Origin: Rhodobacterales bacterium | Lineage (GTDB): Bacteria; Pseudomonadota; Alphaproteobacteria; Rhodobacterales; Rhodobacteraceae | DNA: 61,508 nt | Assembly (NCBI GenBank): GCA_031396505.1 | Contig: JANNKX010000108.1 | Coordinates: 1-61,508 of the forward strand | Direction: 5' to 3' | Shown here: one piece after another, positions 46,052 through 55,340 of the stretch | How the letters are laid out: each line of letters begins with the position of its first letter | Position numbering within the stretch: the stretch's first letter is position 1 | Notes under the pieces: model-generated | Database searches by the model: none | The model's input: the letters and a program-made list of their open reading frames with translations, nothing else | Told to the model about the DNA's origin: nothing | Position numbers and translations under genes: made by a program

Positions 46052-46833
46052 CGCACCTGTGTCGTTGCGCCAAGCATCTGGTCGGCGGCAGTGATGACTT
46101 TGGCGTTCAGCTCGTATCCGCGCTGTGCCTTGATCAGTTCGGTCACTTCACGCACCGAATCAACGCTGCTTTCCTCCAGATAGCCCTGCCGCAAGGTGCC
46201 CAGCCCATCGATCCCCGGCGTGCCCACATTCGGCGGCCCAGAGGCCCCGGTTTCCAGAAACAGGTTCGACCCGATCGCCTCCAACCCCTTTTCATTCGTA
46301 AAGCCCACAAGGTTCAACTGGCCCAGCAGTTCCGGTTCAACCCGGTCGCCAAAATACGCATAAACCTCGCCCGCGTTGTTGATCGCAATACTGCGCGCGT
46401 CGTCCGGAATGGTTATACCGGGGGCCACCGGATGCCCCTCGCTGTCCACGATCTCGCCATCCGCGGACCGTTTCAACGCCCCGTCGCGGGTATAGCCCGA
46501 CACGCCCGACGGCAGCGTCACCTCGATGTATCCGCGCCCTTCAATTGCGACATCCAGATCGCCCTGTGTCGCCGTTAATGACCCTTGGGCCAGCACAACT
46601 GAAACAGAGGCCGGGCGCACGCCAAGCCCGATCTGAATGCCGGTCGGCAGCATGGTGCCATCCTCGGCAGTGATCGTGCCGGGCCGCGCGAGTTGTTGAT
46701 AATGCAGGTCCGCGAAATCCGCGCGCCGGGCGTTGTAGCCGGTAGTCGACATGTTCGCGAGGTTGTTTGACACCACGTCGACGCGCATTTGTTGGGCGGC
46801 CATTCCACTGGCGGCAATCTGCAGGGCTTTCAT
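46048..46833 (-). CDS. flgG: Flagellar distal rod protein FlgG
   Basis: 261 aa. MKALQIAASGMAAQQMRVDVVSNNLANMSTTGY N-terminus and LIKAQRGYELNAKVI C-terminus. Confidence 0.95.
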   Translation of the reverse strand: MKALQIAASGMAAQQMRVDVVSNNLANMSTTGYNARRADFADLHYQQLARPGTITAEDGTMLPTGIQIGLGVRPASVSVVLAQGSLTATQGDLDVAIEGRGYIEVTLPSGVSGYTRDGALKRSADGEIVDSEGHPVAPGITIPDDARSIAINNAGEVYAYFGDRVEPELLGQLNLVGFTNEKGLEAIGSNLFLETGASGPPNVGTPGIDGLGTLRQGYLEESSVDSVREVTELIKAQRGYELNAKVITAADQMLGATTQVR

Positions 46834-46842
46834 CGCGGGTTC

Positions 46843-47556
46843 CTATCGGCCAAGGGTGTCGATCACGGCGCGGACACGGGCATCCTCGCGGTCAAGAAAC
46901 GTCTGGCCCAGTTCGTAGGCCCGCTGCACCGCGATCATCCGCGCCACTTCGGCAACCGGGTTCACGTTGCTGTCCTCCAGCATGCCTTGCATCATCACCC
47001 CGTCCTCGATCGGTTCGACCCCGCTGCTCGCGGCAAACATGGTGCCCGCCACATGGCGCAGGCTCAGCGGGTCGGTTGGCTGCCATAAACCCACCCGCGC
47101 AACCGCCACCCCGTCTGCCGAAAGCGTGCCATCCTGCCCAAGTCCCACATTGCGCGCGCCCGGCGGTACCACGACCGGCGCGCCGCCCGCATCCAAAAGG
47201 CGGTATCCATCGGGCGTGACCAGCTCCCCCTCGGCCGATGGCGTGAATGCCCCGGATCGCGTCAGTCTTTCGCCAGCAGGCGTTTCGATCAGGAAAAATC
47301 CATTGCCCTGAATGGCGAAATCAAAGGTGCCCCCCGTCGTCGAAAACCCTGCCTGTGACAGATCCACACTGCGCGCCGACGCGGTGGCCATCGATAGCGA
47401 CGGCTCGCCCTCCAGCCGGTTTACGTATTCGGAAAACACCACACCTTCGCGGCGAAAACCTGATGTCGATATGTTGGCGATGTTATGCGCCACGATTTCC
47501 ATCTCGCGCATCAGGCCGCTTTGCCGGGTCAGCGTGGTGTATCCGATGCTGTCCAT
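46843..47556 (-). CDS. flgF: Flagellar proximal rod protein FlgF
   Basis: 237 aa with rod-family N- and C-terminal consensus (VAHNIANISTSGFRRE; MIAVQRAYELGQ). Confidence 0.9.
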   Translation of the reverse strand: MDSIGYTTLTRQSGLMREMEIVAHNIANISTSGFRREGVVFSEYVNRLEGEPSLSMATASARSVDLSQAGFSTTGGTFDFAIQGNGFFLIETPAGERLTRSGAFTPSAEGELVTPDGYRLLDAGGAPVVVPPGARNVGLGQDGTLSADGVAVARVGLWQPTDPLSLRHVAGTMFAASSGVEPIEDGVMMQGMLEDSNVNPVAEVARMIAVQRAYELGQTFLDREDARVRAVIDTLGR

Positions 47557-47558
47557 GG

Positions 47559-47825
47559 TCAGCTGCCCGCAATCAGCGGGACCAAACGGTCGGTGAAGAA
47601 TGCCACGAGTGTAGAGGTCATAAAGCTCATGCTGACCCAGAACACCAACAGCATCGCCCCAACCTTAGGCACGAATGTCAGCGTCATTTCCTGAATTGAG
47701 GTGAGTGCCTGAAACAGGCCGACCACGATCCCCGCCACCAAAGCCACCGACAACAGCGGTGCCGATATAATGACCGCGATCCATAGCCCTTGACGCAAAA
47801 CGTCATAAATCAAGGTCTCGCTCAT
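47559..47825 (-). CDS. fliQ: Flagellar export apparatus protein FliQ
   Basis: 88 aa, two TM helices, conserved FQALTSIQEMTLTFVPK block. Confidence 0.93.
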   Translation of the reverse strand: MSETLIYDVLRQGLWIAVIISAPLLSVALVAGIVVGLFQALTSIQEMTLTFVPKVGAMLLVFWVSMSFMTSTLVAFFTDRLVPLIAGS

Positions 47826-48112
47826 ACCGGCATCCTCAGGATTTCCTGATAGGCCTCAACCACCTTGTCGCGCACCGTGGCCACCGTTTCGACGGCCATC
47901 TGCGATGATGCCAGCGCCTGTACCAAAGCGTGCGGGTCTGCCCCGCCGGTCATCGCAGACCTTGCCGTCGCCTCGTGGTTTGACAGCGCTTCGTTAAAGG
48001 TTTCGGCCAGTTTCGCAAAGCCTTGCGCGGCTCCGCCCGGTTGCGGCTGTGGGGCCGCCGCCGTGCGGGCCTGCGCATAGGTGTGGTTTGCAAATGTCGT
48101 TCTCAAATCCAT
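47822..48112 (-). CDS. fliE: Flagellar hook-basal body complex protein FliE
   Basis: 96 aa. C-terminal VETVATVRDKVVEAYQEILRMPV is typical of FliE. Confidence 0.85.
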   Translation of the reverse strand: MDLRTTFANHTYAQARTAAAPQPQPGGAAQGFAKLAETFNEALSNHEATARSAMTGGADPHALVQALASSQMAVETVATVRDKVVEAYQEILRMPV

Positions 48113-48124
48113 TCTGGATCTCCT

Positions 48125-48505
48125 TTACCGACGCAGTAGCTCGAACAGGCTTTGCGTCATCTGCCGCGCCTGATCGAAAAGTTTGAGGTTCGCCTCATAG
48201 CTGCGTTGCGCTTCGCGCGCGTCCGCAATTTCAATCACCAGATCGACATTCGAGCCGTCATAGTGACCGGTTTCATCCGCCATCGGATGTCCGGGGTCAT
48301 AGATGGACTGCGCCTCGCTGCGGTCCAACTGCACCGGCCCGGTTTCAACCCGGCCGGATTCCATTTCTTCGTGAAACGATGTCACCTTGCGCTGGTATCC
48401 CGGCGTGTCGGCGTTGGCGACGTTTTCGGCCACATGGCGCAGGCGCAGGGCCTGCGCCTCCATGCCGGATGCGGAATACGTCAGGGATGTCAAAAGCCCG
48501 GACAT
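48125..48505 (-). CDS. flgC: Flagellar proximal rod protein FlgC
   Basis: 126 aa. SGMEAQALRLRHVAENVANADTPGYQRK and REAQRSYEANLKLF blocks. Confidence 0.93.
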   Translation of the reverse strand: MSGLLTSLTYSASGMEAQALRLRHVAENVANADTPGYQRKVTSFHEEMESGRVETGPVQLDRSEAQSIYDPGHPMADETGHYDGSNVDLVIEIADAREAQRSYEANLKLFDQARQMTQSLFELLRR

Positions 48506-48888
48506 CAGCGCCGCCCCAGACTGGCGCGCAACACCTCGGATGTGCCGCGATAGATCGCCAATGCCATATCGTGCTGCTGGCGCGTTTCCACCGATTTCAC
48601 CATTTCGGATTCAAGTGACACGGTATTTCCGTTCGGCGCACCGTGGCCGCGGACGACATGGCCTTCGTCGACCGCACCGGCGCTGGATGCCCCCGCATGC
48701 CCTGGCCGCGTGGCCCGCATCCCCTCTTGTGACGACGCCGCCCAAACGCTGGCAAAATCATTCACATCCTGGGTGCGATACCCCGGTGTATCGGCATTGG
48801 CGACGTTACGCGCAATGACCCCAAGACGGGTGCCTGCATGGGCGGACATGGCTTGTGCCATCGCGGTGATTTCAAGTTTTTCGAACAT
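48505..48888 (-). CDS. flgB: Flagellar proximal rod protein FlgB
   Basis: 127 aa. N-terminal rod consensus RLGVIARNVANADTPGYR. First gene of the minus-strand rod operon. Confidence 0.88.
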   Translation of the reverse strand: MFEKLEITAMAQAMSAHAGTRLGVIARNVANADTPGYRTQDVNDFASVWAASSQEGMRATRPGHAGASSAGAVDEGHVVRGHGAPNGNTVSLESEMVKSVETRQQHDMALAIYRGTSEVLRASLGRR

Positions 48889-48974
48889 CTAAGGGCTTCT
48901 CCCTCGTCCTGGTTCACTAAGGCTTAAGGGTGATTCCTTTAGAAACGGTAAGCAGCGAACAAAGGGAGAATCCC

Positions 48975-50285
48975 GTGGCCGAAGTTTTTGATGGGTTGAC
49001 GTCGGAATTGCGTCGTGTGGCCGTGCATTCCCATGTCGGACGGGTGGCCGAGGCCGCGCGCGGAACATTGCGCGTGACCGGGTTACAAACCCACGCGCGG
49101 CTTGGCGACCGTGTCACCATCCATACACGCGCCGCACAAATTGGTGGCGAGGTACTGCGCCTGTCTCCCGGCGACTCGATCATTCTGCCCGATTCCAGTG
49201 GTGAAGGATTGGCAATCGGCGATGCCGTCGAACTGGTCGGCGCCGCCGACATCGCCCCTGATGACAGCTGGATCGGGCGCGTTATTGACCCGTTTGGCGC
49301 ACCACTTGACGGGCGGCCGTTGTTGCCGGGCCAGCATTCATGCACCGTGCGCGCCCTTCCGCCGCCCGCGACGACCCGCCGCCGCCTGGGGCCACGTGTT
49401 GAAACCGGGGTTGCCGTGTTCGATACGCTTTTGCCCTTGGTCCGCGGCCAGCGGATCGGCCTTTTCGCAGGCTCCGGGGTTGGCAAGTCATCGCTGCTTG
49501 CACGATTTGCACGCGGTGTTACGGCGGATGTGATCGTGATTGCCCTTGTCGGCGAACGTGGCCGCGAATTGCGTGAATTCACTGAACGCGTGCTCGGTCC
49601 GCAGGGCATGGCGCGCAGCATCGTGGTGGCTGCAACCTCGGATCAGTCCGCCCTCATGCGCCGCCGCTGTGCCTGGACGGCGATGGCCGTCGCCGAACAT
49701 TTCCGCGATCAGGGTTTACAAGTTCTGCTACTGGTCGACAGCGTCACCCGCTTTGCCGAAGCACACCGCGAGGTTGCGCTTGCGGGTGGCGAGGATGCGG
49801 GTCTGGGCGGTTTCCCCCCCTCCACCAGCGCCATGATCATGGGCCTTGCCGAACGTGCGGGGCCGGGGCCGGAAGGGTCGGGCGATATCACGGCGGTGTT
49901 TTCTGTGCTGGTCGCGGGCTCCGATATGGATGGCACCGTGGCCGATATCCTGCGTGGCGTGCTCGACGGCCATGTCGTGCTGGACCGCAAGATCGCCGAA
50001 CGCGGGCGATACCCTGCGATTGATCTGTTGCGCTCTGTCTCGCGCAGCCTGCCCGAGGCGGCCAGCGAGGATGAAAACCTGCTGATCACCCAAGCCCGCC
50101 GCCTGCTTGGGGCTTATGACCGGGCGGAATTGATGATCCAGGCTGGCCTTTACGCCCGCGGCTCCGACCCCCTGATCGACGAGGCGATCCGCATCTGGCC
50201 CGCGCTCGATGGCTTTCTCGCCGAAATGGCCCCCGAAGACGGCATCGCAGGCAGTTTTCGACGCCTGCAGGCCGTCTTGGCCTAA
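48975..50285 (+). CDS. fliI: Flagellum-specific ATPase FliI
   Basis: Walker A GLFAGSGVGKSSLL and Walker B VLLLVDSVTRFA, F1-beta-like fold. GTG 48975 is preceded by AAGGGAGA; GTG 48930 is an alternative start. Confidence 0.93.
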   Translation: MAEVFDGLTSELRRVAVHSHVGRVAEAARGTLRVTGLQTHARLGDRVTIHTRAAQIGGEVLRLSPGDSIILPDSSGEGLAIGDAVELVGAADIAPDDSWIGRVIDPFGAPLDGRPLLPGQHSCTVRALPPPATTRRRLGPRVETGVAVFDTLLPLVRGQRIGLFAGSGVGKSSLLARFARGVTADVIVIALVGERGRELREFTERVLGPQGMARSIVVAATSDQSALMRRRCAWTAMAVAEHFRDQGLQVLLLVDSVTRFAEAHREVALAGGEDAGLGGFPPSTSAMIMGLAERAGPGPEGSGDITAVFSVLVAGSDMDGTVADILRGVLDGHVVLDRKIAERGRYPAIDLLRSVSRSLPEAASEDENLLITQARRLLGAYDRAELMIQAGLYARGSDPLIDEAIRIWPALDGFLAEMAPEDGIAGSFRRLQAVLA

Positions 50286-50737
50286 ACCGGCAGCGGCGTG
50301 TCCGCCTTCAACTGATCCATCACGATCTGGCTATGCACCCGCGCCACCGCCGGATGCGGCAGAAATTCCTGATGGATCAACCGGTTCAACGCTGGCAGAT
50401 CGGTGCAATAGACCCGCAGCAGATAATCCGCCTCGCCCGTCAGGGTCCAGGCACTCACCACCTCCGCCCGTCCTGCGATCATCCGGGCAAAGGCCGCCGC
50501 CGGTTCCTTGCCATGCGTCGCCATCTGCACCTGAATGAACGCCTGCACCCCCAGCCCCAGCCGCCCGGCATCCAGCCGTGCTGCATAGCCTGTGATGTAC
50601 CCATCCGCCTCCAGCCGCGCCCGCCTGCGCCCCGCCTGACTGGCCGACAGGTGCAGCTTTGCCCCCAGAACCTCAGCCGTCACCAGCGCATCGCGCTGCA
50701 ATTCCGCCAGAAGCCGCGTGTCCGTTTCATCAAGCAT
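50282..50737 (-). CDS. Lrp/AsnC-family transcriptional regulator
   Basis: ATG 50737 gives MLDETDTRLLAELQRDALVTAEVLGAKLHLSASQAGRRRARLE (Lrp HTH) followed by a RAM-type domain. Divergent from hppD. Confidence 0.88.
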   Translation of the reverse strand: MLDETDTRLLAELQRDALVTAEVLGAKLHLSASQAGRRRARLEADGYITGYAARLDAGRLGLGVQAFIQVQMATHGKEPAAAFARMIAGRAEVVSAWTLTGEADYLLRVYCTDLPALNRLIHQEFLPHPAVARVHSQIVMDQLKADTPLPV

Positions 50738-50867
50738 TGCATGATCCCCGCACGTATTCAGTGGAATGTGCGTAAAATCCGCATATTTTGCAAGAAGTCC
50801 CGGAAAAATCGCGCAAACCCCGCACCGCCTTCGGCGTATCATTCTCCCAGCAATCAGAGGAACCGCC

Positions 50868-51953
50868 ATGGGCCCCTTTCCGCACACCGCCCCAAAATCC
50901 ACCATCACCCCCGAAAACCCCGCCGGGACCGATGGCTTTGCATTCGTCGAATTTGCCAGCCCCGACCCGCAGGCCCTGCGCACGCTTTTTGCGCAGATGG
51001 GCTACACCCTGACCGCCCGCCACCGCACCCACGCCATTGAACTCTGGCAGCAGGGCGACATCACCTACATCCTGAATGACGATCCCGCCAGCCACGCCCG
51101 CCGCTTCGCCGATCTGCACGGGCCCTGTGCCGCCTCCATGGGCTGGCGCGTTGTCAATGCGGATGACGCCATGGCCCATGTCACTGCAAACGGTGCCACC
51201 CCATATACAGCGACGGACAAGGTGATCGACGCCCCCGCCATCATGGGCATCGGCGGCTCGCTCATCTACCTCACCGACCGCTATGGCGACACGCACCCCT
51301 TCACCGACTTCGACTTCATCGCCGAACCGCATGGCGTGGGGTTTTTCTACCTCGACCACCTCACCCACAATGTCCACAAGGGCAACATGGACGTCTGGTT
51401 CGATTTCTACGCCCGCCTGTTCAATTTCCGCCAGATCCGCTTCTTCGACATCGAAGGCAAATTCACCGGCCTGCACTCCCGCGCCCTGACCTCGCCTTGC
51501 GGGCGCATCCGCATCCCGATCAACGAAGATCGCGGCGAAACAGGGCAGATCGTCGAATACCTGCGCCGCTATAACGGCGAAGGCATTCAGCACATCGCCG
51601 TCGGCACCGATGACCTGTACACCGCCACCGACGCCATCGCGGCACGCGGCATCCGTTTCATGCCCAAACCCCCGATGGCCTATTACAAACTCTCCAGAAC
51701 CCGCGTTCACGGTCACGATGAACCCATCGAAAAAATGGCCAGACACGGCATCCTGATTGATGGCGAAGGCGTCGTCGACGGCGGTGAAACCCGCATCCTG
51801 TTGCAGATCTTCTCGAAAACCGTGATCGGCCCGATCTTCTTCGAATTCATCCAGCGCAAGGGCGATGATGGCTTTGGCGAAGGCAACTTCCGCGCATTGT
51901 TTGAATCGATCGAACAGGATCAGATCGACCGCGGCGTGTTGCAAGCATCGTAA
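50868..51953 (+). CDS. hppD: 4-hydroxyphenylpyruvate dioxygenase
   Basis: ATG 50868 preceded by AGAGGA. Two vicinal-oxygen-chelate modules and the C-terminal blocks IFFEFIQRKGDDGFGEGNFRALFESIE characteristic of HppD. Confidence 0.9.
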   Translation: MGPFPHTAPKSTITPENPAGTDGFAFVEFASPDPQALRTLFAQMGYTLTARHRTHAIELWQQGDITYILNDDPASHARRFADLHGPCAASMGWRVVNADDAMAHVTANGATPYTATDKVIDAPAIMGIGGSLIYLTDRYGDTHPFTDFDFIAEPHGVGFFYLDHLTHNVHKGNMDVWFDFYARLFNFRQIRFFDIEGKFTGLHSRALTSPCGRIRIPINEDRGETGQIVEYLRRYNGEGIQHIAVGTDDLYTATDAIAARGIRFMPKPPMAYYKLSRTRVHGHDEPIEKMARHGILIDGEGVVDGGETRILLQIFSKTVIGPIFFEFIQRKGDDGFGEGNFRALFESIEQDQIDRGVLQAS

Positions 51954-51959
51954 TACAGC

Positions 51960-51983
51960 GATGCGGGCATCGCAGCCCGCATC
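51960..51983. terminator. Hairpin between convergent hppD and the small secreted-protein gene
   Basis: GATGCGGGC - ATCGCA - GCCCGCATC (9-bp perfect GC-rich stem), 7 nt after the hppD stop. No clear U-tract on either side. Confidence 0.45.
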
Positions 51984-52005
51984 ACGCATTCTCATGCCGA
52001 AATGC

Positions 52006-52212
52006 TCAGCGGCACTCGGGGTGCTCGATCACGTCACCCGGGTCGTCGCAACCCGAACCGCCCGGAATCCGCAGCTTGCGGCGCTTTTCGACTGCACCAT
52101 CCGCCGCGAACTGGGTCGTATTGAAACCGTCAGGAATGTCGCTTGCCTGTACCGCACCGCTGAGCGAGCAGGCGAAAGCAAGTGCCGTTGTCATCAGGAT
52201 CAGGGTTTTCAT
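52006..52212 (-). CDS. Small secreted protein, unknown function
   Basis: 68 aa. Signal peptide MKTLILMTTALAFACSLSGAVQA. Mature part of about 45 aa has two Cys (GSGCDD...HPECR). AGGAGGA-like SD (revcomp of tcctcct at 52216-52222). Confidence 0.5.
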   Translation of the reverse strand: MKTLILMTTALAFACSLSGAVQASDIPDGFNTTQFAADGAVEKRRKLRIPGGSGCDDPGDVIEHPECR

Positions 52213-52328
52213 CAGGTCCTCCTTTGTTGGTCTGATGTCGTAATCCTACGCCTTGGTCAGACGTCACATCAGGGACCAAGGGCCTCCGAAAATGGGTAAG
52301 TGTTCAGACCAATGTCCGAACTCCAATG

Positions 52329-52341
52329 TAACATAATGTTA
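52329..52341. promoter_or_regulatory. 13-bp palindrome TAACAT-A-ATGTTA in an AT-rich spacer upstream of the small secreted-protein gene
   Basis: Read directly from the sequence. Lies in the 152-nt gap between the response-regulator stop (52365) and the small-ORF start (52212). Confidence 0.35.
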
Positions 52342-52364
52342 TATATAGATTTAATACTGATTAG

Positions 52365-53024
52365 CTATTTGGTGAAGTGCTCGCGCGCCAGCATGGCAGC
52401 CTCGACCCTGTTCCTGACGTGCAGTTTTTGCAAAATCGACGTCATGTAGTGCTTCACGGTCTTTTCCTGAATATCCAGCTTGGTCCCGACTTCCTTGTTG
52501 CTCAGTCCTTGGGCCACCAGCTTCAAGATATCCTCTTCGCGCCGTGACAAGTCATCAAGGGGGTTTGGTGCCGCCGCTCCTGCAGGGGCGCCACGCATCG
52601 CCACCAGAAGCTGGCCCGCCAAGCCGGGGGAAACGTATGACCGCCCCGCTACCAGATCATGGACCAGATCAATCAGTTCAGAGCCGCCGACCCCCTTCAG
52701 AATATAGCCGGCCGCTCCCAGTTTCAGAACCTGCAGCAGATCGGTTTCGTTTTCCGATGCCGTCAGAATCGCCACCAGCGGCGGCTTTGCCATCTGCATG
52801 ATGCGGGTCAGGGAACCGACCCCACCGCCTTTTGGCATTGATATGTCCAGAAGCACGATGTCAGGCGCAAGGCTTTCACACAACGCCACGGCTGCATCGC
52901 CATCTTGGGCCTGCCCGACGACGTCGATCCCTTGTGCCGTCTGCAGGATGCGCGCCAGACCATCGCGGTAGATCGGGTGGTCGTCTGCCAGCACCAGCCG
53001 GATGATCTGCGGATCTTCGGTCAT
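52365..53024 (-). CDS. NarL/FixJ-family response regulator (REC + LuxR-type HTH)
   Basis: 219 aa. REC domain with LADDHP and DIVLLDISMP. C-terminal LSRREEDILKLVAQGLSNKEVGTKLDIQEKTVKHYMTSILQKL. Confidence 0.92.
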   Translation of the reverse strand: MTEDPQIIRLVLADDHPIYRDGLARILQTAQGIDVVGQAQDGDAAVALCESLAPDIVLLDISMPKGGGVGSLTRIMQMAKPPLVAILTASENETDLLQVLKLGAAGYILKGVGGSELIDLVHDLVAGRSYVSPGLAGQLLVAMRGAPAGAAAPNPLDDLSRREEDILKLVAQGLSNKEVGTKLDIQEKTVKHYMTSILQKLHVRNRVEAAMLAREHFTK

Positions 53025-54409
53025 GCCACACCGTCAAGGTCGAGCTCGATACAAAGTTCGCCGCCGCCGTGACCACGATTGCGTGTCGTTACATGCCCAC
53101 CCAGACTTTCCACCCGGTCCGTCAATCCCAGAAGGCCCAGCCCACTCTCGCCGCCGTTGTCGAGTGGAACCGCAAAGCCCGGCCCCCGGTCCAGAATGCA
53201 AAGCCGCAGTAGATTGCCAGTGATCCGCAAGCGAATCTCTTGCCCTTTGCCGCCACCATGACGCCAGGCATTGCTCAGCCCTTCCTGCGCAACACGAAAA
53301 CAGCAGATTTTCGTGGCGATGGACACGTCGGGCGGTCCATTGATCTGACAATCGACAATCACCTCGGACCCCGTGCGCGCGCTGTGAATATCCGCCACGC
53401 CTTTCAGGATGGCGTCAAGCGGCCTTTGCTCGATGTCTGGCAACGATAATCCGCGTGAAATATTGCGGATTTCTCGCATCGAATCCTTCACTGCCCGGGT
53501 CACCTCGTCGATCACGGCTTGCGCTTTCTCGCTGACGGCATCGTGTCGCAACGAATCGAGGCGCAGGGCCGCAAACCCCATCAGTTGCGCAGGCCCATCG
53601 TGCAGGTCGGCACCTATGCGGCGCAGCGACTGATCACTGATTGCCGAAAACCGTGCCGCCGCCCCCTGCACCCTGAGGCGGAGCGTCACATTGTGATCCG
53701 CCATCATCCTCAGGGCGGCAAGCTGGCGGTCAATGGTCCGGCTGCCACGCAGGACAATCGCAAACAGACTTGCACCGGTCAGCAAGACGATGGCGGCCAC
53801 CGTCGCCCAAGCCAGCCTGCGGGCACGCACGATATCAATGCGCAGCTGCATCGCAATTTCGTAAAACTCTGCCACCGCGATGACGCGGCCGGTCCGGATT
53901 TCGCGGATCGGGGCGTAGATTTCAAGTAATGGCACACCCAGCGCATGTTCGGCAGCATCCTCGACATCGCCCGTGTTATTGTAATCTGCCCGGATTTCCC
54001 CGTTCCACGCCTGTTGCAAATTCTCGGTCACGGGAAAACGCTGGCCGACCAAGGCCGTATTGGACGCATCGACAAGCACCCCGTTCTCACGCCAGATCTT
54101 GAACGATACTACCCGTTGTCCAAGCGCCGTGTCCGACAAAAGTGCGCCGATATCGGCCCGTGATTGATCGGACAAGTCCTGGCCGGTCGCCAGATCTTGC
54201 GTCAACGGCGTGATGAAGCTTTCCATGTAGAGTGCCGTCGCATTGGCCGTGTTGCGCACGACGGTATCCTCGATGCGGCTGGAGACGAAAAAAGCACTGG
54301 CGACGGCGGCCACAGCCATAACAACACCACCCGCCATCGCAAACTGCCCCGCGAGCGACAGCTCGGACCATGGACCGATGAGTGGGATCGTCATGACAGT
54401 CTCCGGCAT
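53021..54409 (-). CDS. Sensor histidine kinase (HisKA_3/NarX-type) with periplasmic sensor domain
   Basis: 462 aa. Two TM helices bracket an extracytoplasmic region of about 170 aa. H-box RIGADLHDGPAQ. HATPase_c blocks (N-box AQEGLSNAWRHG, G-box DRGPGF...GLGLLGL). 4-nt overlap with the regulator. Confidence 0.88.
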   Translation of the reverse strand: MPETVMTIPLIGPWSELSLAGQFAMAGGVVMAVAAVASAFFVSSRIEDTVVRNTANATALYMESFITPLTQDLATGQDLSDQSRADIGALLSDTALGQRVVSFKIWRENGVLVDASNTALVGQRFPVTENLQQAWNGEIRADYNNTGDVEDAAEHALGVPLLEIYAPIREIRTGRVIAVAEFYEIAMQLRIDIVRARRLAWATVAAIVLLTGASLFAIVLRGSRTIDRQLAALRMMADHNVTLRLRVQGAAARFSAISDQSLRRIGADLHDGPAQLMGFAALRLDSLRHDAVSEKAQAVIDEVTRAVKDSMREIRNISRGLSLPDIEQRPLDAILKGVADIHSARTGSEVIVDCQINGPPDVSIATKICCFRVAQEGLSNAWRHGGGKGQEIRLRITGNLLRLCILDRGPGFAVPLDNGGESGLGLLGLTDRVESLGGHVTTRNRGHGGGELCIELDLDGVA

Positions 54410-54563
54410 CTCCTGTTACGGCAGTCTTGCAAAGCTTGCAGGCAATAACAACTGCGGACGGGTAATACCCGAATGCAGGGGCGTCTGCGTTCCGAGATGC
54501 TTTTTCAGGATGCCGCGCAAACATGCGTGGCCACTGTTGGCGACACGGGTCCGCGGTCCACCC

Positions 54564-55340
54564 TCAGATTCCCGCATACCAGTCATATCCCCGATCCGCC
54601 CAGTAACTGCCATTGCCGTCGCCGAACCCCTCTACCCCTGCCACCACTTCAATCTTGTGCAGATACTTCGCCATCTTGTAGCCCAACTGCCGCTCCACCC
54701 GCACGCGCAGCGGTGCGCCATTCGCCACCGGCAGGGCTGCATCGTTCAGGCCGTAAGCCAAGATCGTCTGCGGATGTACCGCATCGCGCATGTCGATGCT
54801 TTCATAGTATTTCACCAACCCCGACAGGCTGCGCTCAATCGTATCCATGCAGTGAAACACCACGAACCGCGCCTCCGCCTTCGGTCGGGCCGCATCCAGA
54901 ACTCTGGATAGTTGCACCCCCGTCCATTTCGCGACGCACGACCAGCCTTCCACGCAATCATGCCGCGTGATCTGGGTGCGCGCGGGCATCGCCTGCAACG
55001 CCGCCAGCGAATATTCCTGTGGCACCTCCACCGCGCCGACCACACGCAGGCGCCAGTCGGCGAAACCGCTTGCCGCGAAATCCTGATAGTCCGCATCATC
55101 CGGGTTGATCGTGCCATTCGGCTTTTGCCCCTGCCGGATATCGCTCTGCGCAAACTCCGGCGCCAACGCATCGCCCCCCAGCAGGCGCTGTGTGCGGTAG
55201 GTCAGGCCGTTCGCCGCCTCCATGACATTGCGCAGCGGATGGTCACCCTTCGTCAGCCCGTCCAGTACTTTGCAACCCGACAGGACGAGTGCTGATCCCC
55301 CCAGTGACGCCGCTGTCAGAAACCGCCGCCGATCCATCAT
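54564..55340 (-). CDS. Molybdopterin-dependent oxidoreductase (sulfite-oxidase-fold family), exported
   Basis: 258 aa. Tat-like signal MMDRRRFLTAASLGGSALVLSGC. Blocks ITRHDCVEGWS and NGAPLRVRVERQLGYKMAKY are typical of the Mo-binding domain. Confidence 0.75.
   Translation of the reverse strand: MMDRRRFLTAASLGGSALVLSGCKVLDGLTKGDHPLRNVMEAANGLTYRTQRLLGGDALAPEFAQSDIRQGQKPNGTINPDDADYQDFAASGFADWRLRVVGAVEVPQEYSLAALQAMPARTQITRHDCVEGWSCVAKWTGVQLSRVLDAARPKAEARFVVFHCMDTIERSLSGLVKYYESIDMRDAVHPQTILAYGLNDAALPVANGAPLRVRVERQLGYKMAKYLHKIEVVAGVEGFGDGNGSYWADRGYDWYAGI

Noticed and set aside
48913-48927. TTCA-N7-TTAA(G), a possible CtrA box in the flgB/fliI divergent spacer
   Set aside because: It has a mismatch in the first half-site and lacks the trailing C, so it is weaker than the three reported sites. 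The spacer is very short and the box overlaps the alternative GTG 48930 fliI ORF. I could not distinguish it from chance.
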